64,000 nucleotides of DNA, from NCBI GenBank assembly GCA_002269645.1, contig NIVC01000441.1:310001-374000 (forward strand). Direction: 5' to 3'. The notes under the pieces are model-generated. The model was not told where the DNA came from, ran no database searches, and saw only the letters and a program-made list of their open reading frames with translations. Positions within the stretch are counted from its first letter, which is position 1. The number at the start of each line of letters is the position of its first letter. The stretch is from Macrostomum lignano. Its lineage: Eukaryota. A program made the position numbers and the translations under genes. Of the stretch, positions 25,506 through 33,910 are shown one piece after another.

Positions 25506-25955
25506 GAAGTTTATTGATTCTGTAGTGGCAGACGTCAACAGCAACCGATCACCTTGCCCACCGCCAGCAGTTCTCTATTTATTTAGGCTGCCTGGCGTAA
25601 GCCCTAGGGTTTCACGCCAGACAGCATTATCAACAACCCAGAGCAATTACCAACTTGTTGGCCAATCACCTTTGAGGGAGGGGTAGCGCATATAGCAAAA
25701 AAGGGGGGAATTGACAAGTGCTCAAAAAGGGGGGGCAGAGGGGCCAGGCCAGCCAATCCGGCTGGGAACGCATAATAAAAAAAAGGGGGGGCAGATAATA
25801 AGGGGCTGACACACAACTGGGGGGGGGGGTTTGGCGCAGTCAGAAAGAGGGGGTTGACGCAGGCACGCGGCTGGGAGGGGTGGGAGTGCAGTGCCGGGCA
25901 CACTTGACCGAGAGCCAGAGATTGCTTATCGGTGCAAGTGCACCCGGGCACAACA
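25506..25955 (-). repeat. 5' LTR, truncated at its 3' end and fused directly to pol sequence
   Basis: Aligns with the 3' LTR with a few substitutions and indels. The last ~130 bp of LTR, the PBS, gag and protease are missing. Confidence 0.8.
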
Positions 25956-26228
25956 CGATCACTTCCATATATGAACTCTACTGAAATTATTGCAAACCGA
26001 AGCTGGTAATATTACCTTTACCCTAAGTGCATGTGCAATATGTACAATATTAATTTTAACCCAGCTTTGGTTCACAATCATTTCTATTTGCGTTACAAAT
26101 TTAAATTATCATTTACCTAAGCTGATATATAAGCATCATCTAACAAACCGCACTTTCAACTTTGCATATTTTTAGTTTTTTTTTAGTTTTTTGATTTGAG
26201 CATTTGAGCATAATATTTTATATGCGAG

Positions 26229-26602
26229 AGTAGTAGGTAAAACAACGCTTCTAGACCCAGAGCACTTTTTTAATAGCAGTTTTAAGGGTCTAGAGGGGGG
26301 ACACGAGGGGGTAATAAAAAAACACATCTAAACACCCTTAACACATCTAATCACCCATAATCACCCACAACACATCTAAACACATCTAATCAATAAAAAT
26401 CACCTCCAACACTCCCCCTCGTGTCCCCCCTCTGGAACCTTATAAACGGCCATTAAAAAAGGTCTGATCTAGAAGCGTACTTTTACCTACTACTACTCTA
26501 CCCAACACATCCAACACTTCCAATTCTCTATAACACTTCCAATTCTCTATAACCCCTCGCACGCGCCGCAGGCGCGAAGGGTCTTTTTCTGTTACTAAAA
26601 AT
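26229..26602 (+). repeat. Left TIR of Maverick (374 bp)
   Basis: Reverse complement of 43388-43761; no differences seen on visual comparison. Confidence 0.95.
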
Positions 26603-26915
26603 GACCAGAGTTTACACCTTTTCTGTTAGTGATACTTTTGAGACTGTTGCTAAAAATGCAGAGATAATAAAACAACATATTTTGAATGGAATAATTGATG
26701 AAGTTTATTTGAAGTATGACGACAAGCATGACCTAAAACTTTATCCATTAGAGTTGGATGAGATGTATGATTTAGAACAAGAGGGAGAGTTAATATTTCA
26801 ACTTGGAGATTATTTAAATTCGGATGATTGGGAGGTTCGTTCAGACGATTCCAACTCAACAAATAGCTCATATGAAACTAGTGATTCTGAGAATGAAATT
26901 GAAATTTTTATGTGA
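26601..26915 (+). CDS. Maverick small acidic hypothetical protein (104 aa)
   Basis: AAAAATG start context, D/E-rich ORF; no family recognised. Confidence 0.55.
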   Translation: MTRVYTFSVSDTFETVAKNAEIIKQHILNGIIDEVYLKYDDKHDLKLYPLELDEMYDLEQEGELIFQLGDYLNSDDWEVRSDDSNSTNSSYETSDSENEIEIFM

Positions 26916-26929
26916 AAAAAATATTAAAA

Positions 26930-27156
26930 AAATGAACTATTATTCTATAACAGAAACAACATTTATTATGAAAAATATATATAAAAAAATGAAGGTAAAC
27001 TACTCCTACATCGGAAATGTGCCGATTAATGAACTTAATGAAAATTTAAGTTTGATATCTGTTGAACAAATGTCAATAATTATATTAGTTACAATAATAG
27101 TAATAATATTGTTTTTGTTTGTTATAAAAAATTTACTACCATGTTGTCTCAAGTAA
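26930..27156 (+). CDS. Maverick small single-pass membrane protein (start uncertain)
   Basis: C-terminal hydrophobic stretch IIILVTIIVIILFLFVI followed by KNLLPCCLK. Confidence 0.4.
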
Positions 27157-27166
27157 TTGTTCGAAC

Positions 27167-28317
27167 TTAGTTCGCTGATATTAGTTGGTTCTCATAAAAC
27201 GAACCTAATATTTCTTCACCATCCTTATCAGCAATTATATAGGTTGTAGGATTTGTATTTAAAACTTTACTGATGGTAAATTTCTCACTTATCTTCCAAT
27301 ATCCTTTTCTTCCTTTTTCAAACTTATCTTTCCATTTATAGATATAAACAGAATCACCAACTTTAAAATCTTTAGTTTTCTTTTTTTCAAATTCTCCAAA
27401 AGTAACTTTAACGTTTTCAGGATTGTTATAAGCTTGTTGAGGAGTCATCTTTATAGCCGAATGATATGAATTATTATAATCTTTCACGACGTCTGGTAAT
27501 ATTTTTACCCACTTTTGGTTTCCATTAAGACTAAACTGAAACCACAATTTCTTACCTAAAGTTCGATTAAATCTTTCAATTAATGCATTTTTGCTTTCTC
27601 CATAAATAGAATAAATTTTATTAATATACTCCCCATTCGCGTCTTTTTTCCTTTCTTGTCCTTTTTCAAAATGATATAATTTATACATATGAGGATTGTA
27701 AAATTCTTTTCCCTCATCAACACACAAGCGTTCGCTTTTTTCATCAAGACTTCTAAAAGCAGCAGCAACCTCCTCACCTTTTTTGGATTTCAAAGGAACA
27801 GCCCACGCGTATCGAGTAAAACCATCTAGTATGGTTAAGATATATTTATATCCTCTTTCATTTGGCATCGACATTAAATCAGCATACCAAATTTCGTTCT
27901 TTTTGAAGTTCATGATTTTTCTATAAAATTTAGGTTTTCGATATTCTTTATGAAGAATCTTTGCCTCATCAGAACTTAACCCACCACCACTTAATAGCAA
28001 ACACTCAACACAATTATTTCCATGTTGGTTGTAATTAATTCCCAAACCAAATTTAACTTTAGATTGCAAGATTTTTTTAACCATCCACCGAGTTAATCTT
28101 TGGCCTACTGTTAATCCCTGTAAATTATCTAATCCTTGAATCATTTTTTGATCGGCTTCATGTTTTAATCTTAATGCTTCCTCAGGAGAATTCTTATCAG
28201 CATCTCTGTATGCTAAGTCATGATAGTATGCTAACCAATCAATGCCGTTAATGGGAATTGAATCAGCTTTTGGAGTGTCATCAGGATTTAATCGGAGATC
28301 GAGTCGAGTCAACCCGG
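27167..28317 (-). CDS. INT: Maverick rve (DDE) integrase fused to the C-terminal part of a parvovirus-like PLA2 domain
   Basis: WYADL, YILTILDGFTRYAWAVPLK, CVDEGKEF, ALIERFNRTL and a C-terminal FKVGDSV...GEEILGSFY motif. PLA2-like PINGIDWLAYYHDLAY upstream. Confidence 0.92.
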
Positions 28318-28641
28318 CCTTTTTACCTTTGCTTTCACAAAGGAGTAGACTGTGTCTTAAGCTATCATAAGGATTGACTAAGTCCCTCAAGCCCACCAGC
28401 GTACAGTCGTTGCATCTCAACCATACTCAAGTCATACGAGGTTAGGTTTTCGATTCACTCTTGTCCATATATATCTTCAAGCTTGTTACCGTTGGGAACA
28501 GGAGTTACCTGTGTTCCTTCAGAAGATTTCTCAACTGAAGTGGTACTTGAAGCTTTAGGAGATTGAGTGAGCGGCTGGTGTTGCCACTAATAGTGACTAG
28601 CAGTAGGTTTGCTTCTACCACTCGGGCACAGCTCGAGCTCC

Positions 28642-28770
28642 ACCCGTGAAATTATGAGATGGTAGGTGTAATTCATTTGTATACCTTCCAGTAGTAAAAA
28701 CGCTTGGTAAGCTTGTTAATCCTTTTTGAACATCTAAAAATCCTCCTTCAAATACTAATTGATTGCTCAT
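28642..28770 (-). CDS. N-terminal piece of the PLA2-integrase gene, separated from the rest by a 324-bp insertion
   Basis: MSNQLVFEGGFLDVQKGL...TGRYTNELHLPSHNFTG with an AAAAATG start; the expected continuation PGT-RLDLRL lies at 28317. Confidence 0.7.
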
Positions 28771-29368
28771 TTTTAATAGCCTTAAAAATACACGATAGCA
28801 CCAATTGTTTTGCAAATTCTTCAATGGTTGGTTGTTTATCATTTTTTGAAATATTATCTACAGCAACTAAGTATCTTTTATTTCTCCAATTTTCAGACTT
28901 TTTAATTTGTTCTTCATCGCGATAATCATATGAAGAAGCAGGAATAAAATGATCAACATGTAAAACACCAATATAATCTTTTGGGACATAATAACGTTTT
29001 GTGAAATTTAAACAATCAGTAAAGAATTCAATTGAGCAACCAAGGTAATCAATAGTATGATTATTTTTTCGAGTATTATTAGATTTTAGAAGAGAATTTA
29101 TTCTACATCTGGTGTTTTTTATATTTCTAAAATTTTCATCAGTTAATCTTCTTTCGTTTTCATATTTTCTGCGGCTTTCTAGATTATTTTTATCGTATTC
29201 TTTTTTCCTTTGAAGCTTATATTCACGATTTTTCTCATACCATTCTTTATCATACTTTCTCTCACAAGGTTTGCAAATACTATAATATCTATTTTGATCT
29301 CTACGAAATCTAAACTCAAACAAAAATTTCTCTTCTTTACACTTAGTACAAACCTTTTTAGTTTCCAT
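28748..29368 (-). CDS. HNH endonuclease-like protein with an N-terminal Zn ribbon
   Basis: CTKC...CKPC, then YLGCSIE...LHVDHFIP...NWRNKRYLVAVDNISKNDK, a pattern typical of large-DNA-virus and phage free-standing HNH nucleases. Confidence 0.8.
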   Translation of the reverse strand: METKKVCTKCKEEKFLFEFRFRRDQNRYYSICKPCERKYDKEWYEKNREYKLQRKKEYDKNNLESRRKYENERRLTDENFRNIKNTRCRINSLLKSNNTRKNNHTIDYLGCSIEFFTDCLNFTKRYYVPKDYIGVLHVDHFIPASSYDYRDEEQIKKSENWRNKRYLVAVDNISKNDKQPTIEEFAKQLVLSCIFKAIKNEQSISI

Positions 29369-29425
29369 TTTATAAAAAATAAATTTAACAATTAATTAAT
29401 TAAACCGAACCTTTGGTTCGCGACC

Positions 29426-30097
29426 CTACGGGGCGATTCCAGTATGTCCAGCAGCTTTCGCAGCAGCTAAAACAAGTTTTCGCGGAGTTTTAAATCCTTC
29501 TCCAACAGCCGGTTTGTTATTTATAGAATCAACAAGCCTTTTATATAAACTTGTGTTTTTAACAGCTCTTACTCCTAACTCATCATAAAAAATTTTAGCA
29601 CTTACTAATTCATCTCTAGTATATAATTCCGGGTTAAATTTTACCCTAGGGTTGGTAATAATATTAAATGCTCTACCCAATTCTCTATATAGTTCATTCC
29701 GATTTTTAACAACCTCACCAATTCGATAATTACCATCATGTAAATCTGTCACAGCAATACTAGGTGGTGCAGGTCTTGGATATTCATCAACACCACCCCT
29801 TTCTGCAGCCCTAATTTCTGCAACTCTCAATAATGCTTGATCGGCCTCATAAGTAGGCGGCTCATCCTCCTCATCTTTTGGTTCGGTATTCTTAGCAATT
29901 TTTTCCAGAAGGTCTTTATCTGTTTTTTCTAGTTCACTAATTTTCCCCGTAATAGGATTAACAAAAGGAGCAGCAAATCTTTCACCCGCTAATTGTATTC
30001 CTAACTTTCTTTTTTGTAAATTTCTAACAAAATCAGAATATCTTTGCTTCTCTTTATAAATCGCCAACTCTCCATCAACGTCCATAAATTGACTCAT
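29426..30097 (-). CDS. Maverick hypothetical protein (223 aa)
   Basis: Long ORF with an AAAAAATG start, divergent from the MCP; no family recognised with certainty. Confidence 0.7.
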   Translation of the reverse strand: MSQFMDVDGELAIYKEKQRYSDFVRNLQKRKLGIQLAGERFAAPFVNPITGKISELEKTDKDLLEKIAKNTEPKDEEDEPPTYEADQALLRVAEIRAAERGGVDEYPRPAPPSIAVTDLHDGNYRIGEVVKNRNELYRELGRAFNIITNPRVKFNPELYTRDELVSAKIFYDELGVRAVKNTSLYKRLVDSINNKPAVGEGFKTPRKLVLAAAKAAGHTGIAP

Positions 30098-30131
30098 TTT
30101 TTAACATAAAAAACTTTTTTAACATAAAAAA

Positions 30132-31604
30132 ATGGCTGAAACAAAAACTATATGGAGTGATAAATTTCATTTCAAAAAGCATCGTCAGTATATTAATGAA
30201 GTCAGAGCAAGAGATTTAAATTTTACCCTACCAACAAGTGATAATTCAAATAACTTTACTACCGGAACGGTAACTTTTGACATCGGTGCAACCAACACCA
30301 TATTGGATATGAAAAATGCGTTTTTCCGTGTTAGATGGTTGTATACTAGAAATGATGGAACTGATCTTGCAGCCGGTGATATCGCAGATCGTTCTGGAAT
30401 AATAATAGAAAATGATTGGTTTTATAAATGTTTTTCCCAAGCACAACTATCAGTTAATGGAGCCGAGGTTGAGACAGCATCAAACCCCGCAGAGATTAAT
30501 GGAGTTTTGAAACATTTAAATTATACTTATTTATCAAAACAAGTTGGTGATAATGTTGGGTGGATGCCTGATAAGGGTAATGGTCAAGCAGTAGTTTTCC
30601 CTAATGTACAAAACGCAGCTGGTGCAGATACCGCAGCTCTTATAGCTTATCTTAATACCAATATAGTTCCAGTTGTAACCACCATGACTAATACAAAAGA
30701 TATTAATACAGGTTTTATAGATCGTCAGAATAAATTCCCAGTCGCGGTTTTAACCACTGCAACCGCATATGAGCAAGACTTTTCAATCTTTCCACTATTT
30801 GGGTTCTTCTCACCAAATCGGGTATGGAAAGGATTAAAATTTGGGATACAGTTGCAAATATCTGGTGGATATCAGCCTAGGATACTTTATGGAACCTCAA
30901 TTTCAACCGATATAGCAGTTCGTATAGATTCAATTCAATTAGTCGTGCCAACTCTTGAGGTAACAGCCCCGCTTTTAAAACATGTTGATAATCAATTAAC
31001 CCATGATCAGGAAATATTTTATTTGAATCGTCGACATTTTATGCGAACCATTAATAATAATCAGGATTCATTCCAGTGGCAGATAATTACATCAAAACGT
31101 CGGGTGAGATATATTTTTGTTTGGTTTAAAATAACAAACAGAAGGAGTAAAAGAGCAAATGGGGATTTATATTGGCTTCAATCCGGTGCCATAGCAGAAC
31201 AAGCAGCCACCGCAACAGACAATGCGGCTGCAGCTATTAACGAGTTTAATGTTCAGAATATCCGCCTGCAGGTTGATGATCAATATTATCCGGTTAAAGA
31301 CCCCCTTAATCTAAACATAGCAAATAATAATGTTAATGATTTTATAAAATATTATCAAGATTATGTCAAAAATGAAGCGTATGCAGTCCCTCAGTACACA
31401 CCCACAGAGTTTCTAAACATTCATCCAGTGGTTGTTTATGATCTAACGGCACAGAAAGAAAACGTAGCCAATGTTGGACTTAATTACATGTTAGAGATTA
31501 ATAAAACCGGCAATCAGGCAATCGACGCCCACGTATTGTTTCTAGAGGAATATATGTCAATTGCTAAAGCTGATGGCACGATTGTTCGGGACGCTCCTAT
31601 TTAA
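30132..31604 (+). CDS. MCP: Major capsid protein (double jelly-roll)
   Basis: 490 aa, beta-rich. TFDI...LDMKNAFFRV...TRNDGT, FSQAQLSVNGAEVE and PLFGFF...KGLKFGIQL match the Polinton MCP pattern. Upstream of ATPase and mCP. Confidence 0.85.
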   Translation: MAETKTIWSDKFHFKKHRQYINEVRARDLNFTLPTSDNSNNFTTGTVTFDIGATNTILDMKNAFFRVRWLYTRNDGTDLAAGDIADRSGIIIENDWFYKCFSQAQLSVNGAEVETASNPAEINGVLKHLNYTYLSKQVGDNVGWMPDKGNGQAVVFPNVQNAAGADTAALIAYLNTNIVPVVTTMTNTKDINTGFIDRQNKFPVAVLTTATAYEQDFSIFPLFGFFSPNRVWKGLKFGIQLQISGGYQPRILYGTSISTDIAVRIDSIQLVVPTLEVTAPLLKHVDNQLTHDQEIFYLNRRHFMRTINNNQDSFQWQIITSKRRVRYIFVWFKITNRRSKRANGDLYWLQSGAIAEQAATATDNAAAAINEFNVQNIRLQVDDQYYPVKDPLNLNIANNNVNDFIKYYQDYVKNEAYAVPQYTPTEFLNIHPVVVYDLTAQKENVANVGLNYMLEINKTGNQAIDAHVLFLEEYMSIAKADGTIVRDAPI

Positions 31605-31619
31605 ATTATTTCTTTAAAA

Positions 31620-32378
31620 ATGGTAAAGGCAAAACACGATAAAATATTTCCAAATGATCCTTTTCTTTGTTTAGTAATCGGAGGATCAGGTAAAGGAAAA
31701 ACACACTTTGTTTACGATTTATTAACAACAGATGGAATGTTAGACTATAATAATTTAATAATTTATACTAACAAACCTAAAATAAAATATTATGAATTTC
31801 TTAAACATGGATTAAAAAACAAATTAAAAAAAGATATTATGTTTAGAATGTTAAGAGCATATGAGCAATATGAGGACGATGATGAACCAAGATTTACCCT
31901 CGATGACATTGAGGATTTATGTAAAACAACTGCAAAAGAACCGGAAAACACCACCGAGAGAGCCCCAACTGTTAGAGTACCAACCCAATTATCCTATGAT
32001 CAAATTCCAAAACATGATAAAACACTAATTATTTTTGATGATTGTATTAATGATGGTGATCAAGAATTGCAAAAGGAAATTTTTGTTAGTGGTAGAGGAG
32101 ATGGAATTGGAGCTTTTTATCTTACTCAATCCTTTAGAGATTTAGAATCGATTATAAAAAAGAATGCTAGCTGTTGTGTAATGTTTGATTTAGATAGCTA
32201 TGATTTACAAAATATACACGCTAGATTTAATCCGGGGTTGGATATAAAACCATTTAAAAGTATGTGTAAAAAAATTTGGGATGATAGTCAATACAAACAT
32301 ATTTATATCAATCCGAGGTTAGAAAGGAAACATAGAATTTTAACAAATTTGATAAAAGAAGATAACGAGGAGGAATAA
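31620..32378 (+). CDS. A32/FtsK-like genome packaging ATPase
   Basis: Walker A GGSGKGKT, Walker B LIIFDD, and GRG...FYLTQS. Confidence 0.92.
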   Translation: MVKAKHDKIFPNDPFLCLVIGGSGKGKTHFVYDLLTTDGMLDYNNLIIYTNKPKIKYYEFLKHGLKNKLKKDIMFRMLRAYEQYEDDDEPRFTLDDIEDLCKTTAKEPENTTERAPTVRVPTQLSYDQIPKHDKTLIIFDDCINDGDQELQKEIFVSGRGDGIGAFYLTQSFRDLESIIKKNASCCVMFDLDSYDLQNIHARFNPGLDIKPFKSMCKKIWDDSQYKHIYINPRLERKHRILTNLIKEDNEEE

Positions 32379-32392
32379 TTCCCACTATAAAA

Positions 32393-33178
32393 ATGGCCAC
32401 AAATTTAGACGCTATAAAACAATTGGTAGATCGAACTAATTCAAAATATAGTACAACTTTACAGTTTATAATGACAACCAGTGAACAACGTATTCAATTG
32501 CGCGATCCGTTACAACTCGATCAAAGCCTAAGTTATCAAATAGGTTTGATATTATTTTCAGTTTTTAACATGCCTCAATTAATTAATGCAACAAATAATC
32601 AATTTAGATATTCTAAAGATTCCGGAGCCAATTGGACAACATTTAGCGTTAACCCAGGAGCATATTCTTATACCGATTTAAATGCTTATATAGAAGGAGA
32701 ATTAACAGCTAATGGAGATTGGGTAGCTGGCGCGATTGTTATAGGAGTTGATTTACCATCTGGCAGATTCACGCTATCACTAGGATCCGGATATCAGGTT
32801 GATTTCACAATTGCAAATTCACTCAGAACCATACTCGGATTTAATTCCCGAATCGTTACCACATCAAGCACCGGCGATACCGTTGGAAATATTGAGGGTG
32901 GAGTTAATACAATTAATATTACAACCGACATTTCAAATGGTGGTTATATAACAGATGATAACGGAGTTTTGGTTCAACGTGGAATTATTTATTCAATCCC
33001 ATTTCTTGCTGTTCCAATTGGAGAGAAAATGATTGTGTCACCCCAAACCCCAATATATTATCCTTTAAATCAATATAGTGTTCAATCAATTTATATTAGG
33101 ATTGTAGATGAAAGCGATAGATTAATAAGTTTTGGTGGGCAATCAATAACGGTAATTTTACGGATAAAACAGGTTTAA
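32393..33178 (+). CDS. mCP: Minor capsid protein (penton, single jelly-roll)
   Basis: LQLDQSLSYQIGL...INATNNQFRYSKDSGANW...PGAYSY pattern, and position in the morphogenesis module. Confidence 0.8.
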   Translation: MATNLDAIKQLVDRTNSKYSTTLQFIMTTSEQRIQLRDPLQLDQSLSYQIGLILFSVFNMPQLINATNNQFRYSKDSGANWTTFSVNPGAYSYTDLNAYIEGELTANGDWVAGAIVIGVDLPSGRFTLSLGSGYQVDFTIANSLRTILGFNSRIVTTSSTGDTVGNIEGGVNTINITTDISNGGYITDDNGVLVQRGIIYSIPFLAVPIGEKMIVSPQTPIYYPLNQYSVQSIYIRIVDESDRLISFGGQSITVILRIKQV

Positions 33179-33188
33179 AACTGTAAAA

Positions 33189-33365
33189 ATGGGTAACCAT
33201 TCTGGAGCGTTAAAAAAACAATCAGATAAAGTTCAAAACGCAAAGGAATATTATGAAATCGAATTAACAAAATTGAAACAATTACAGGCAGAAAAAATCC
33301 GAAAGGAACTGTTAAAATCTAAACCTACGAAACTAACTAAAACCAAGAGTTTTTCAGGAACATAA
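33189..33365 (+). CDS. 58-aa basic protein, absent from the ORF track
   Basis: TAAAAATG start; MGNHSGALKK...KTKSFSGT*; fills the gap between mCP and the protease exactly. Confidence 0.5.
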   Translation: MGNHSGALKKQSDKVQNAKEYYEIELTKLKQLQAEKIRKELLKSKPTKLTKTKSFSGT

Positions 33366-33366
33366 A

Positions 33367-33843
33367 ATGACTATGAATTGGAGTGGACGGACGGAGTCCT
33401 CCCCCTCACTAACGTGGGGTGGGTTCAAACAAAGATATGGAACAGACACAACAAGCAATATCGAATTAACAAATTGGGCGCGGCAATTAAAAATAAAACC
33501 ATTCAGATGTGTTATGCGAGATGAGATCAAAGACTTACCACAATATGGATCTTACATTGTCAATATAGAAACAACAAAAGAAAACGGTGTTCATTGGTCG
33601 GCAGTTTATTCCAAACCCAAACTTGTTTATTTTTTTGATTCATACGCGCTTCCTCCGTTACAGGAAATAAAAGACAAATTTAATCATACTAAAAATCGTT
33701 TATGTGGAGATCATCATGAACAATTTCAAACCTTTGATAAAAGTTATTGCGGGCAAGCGGCGTTGTATTTTTTATATAAAATTAATAACTCTAAGGAAAG
33801 AACCGAAGACTTTAAAGATATCATGCGAAGCATGCGAACCTAA
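33367..33843 (+). CDS. PRO: Adenain-like cysteine maturation protease
   Basis: Catalytic H (GVHW), D (FFDSY), Q and C (QTFDKSYCG). Confidence 0.9.
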   Translation: MTMNWSGRTESSPSLTWGGFKQRYGTDTTSNIELTNWARQLKIKPFRCVMRDEIKDLPQYGSYIVNIETTKENGVHWSAVYSKPKLVYFFDSYALPPLQEIKDKFNHTKNRLCGDHHEQFQTFDKSYCGQAALYFLYKINNSKERTEDFKDIMRSMRT

Positions 33844-33910
33844 AGTTCGATCGGACGAAGTCCGCGACCCTACGGGGCGATTTTAGATTCTATAAAATAG
33901 ACAGTAAAAA

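Larger units (their letters stand above)
18982..25955 (-). mobile_element. Ty3/Gypsy LTR retrotransposon, internally deleted (no gag or protease), carrying two extra ORFs
   Basis: Two related LTR copies, a PPT, and RT-RNaseH-INT domain order on the minus strand. LTR starts TGTTGTG at both 25955 and 20439. No canonical 4-6 bp TSD found. Confidence 0.85.

Noticed and set aside
27552-27567. 14-nt match (ACCTAAAGTTCGAT) to the hairpin cluster at 33838
   Set aside because: It encodes the conserved integrase NRTLG motif and lacks the second stem arm; probably coincidental.
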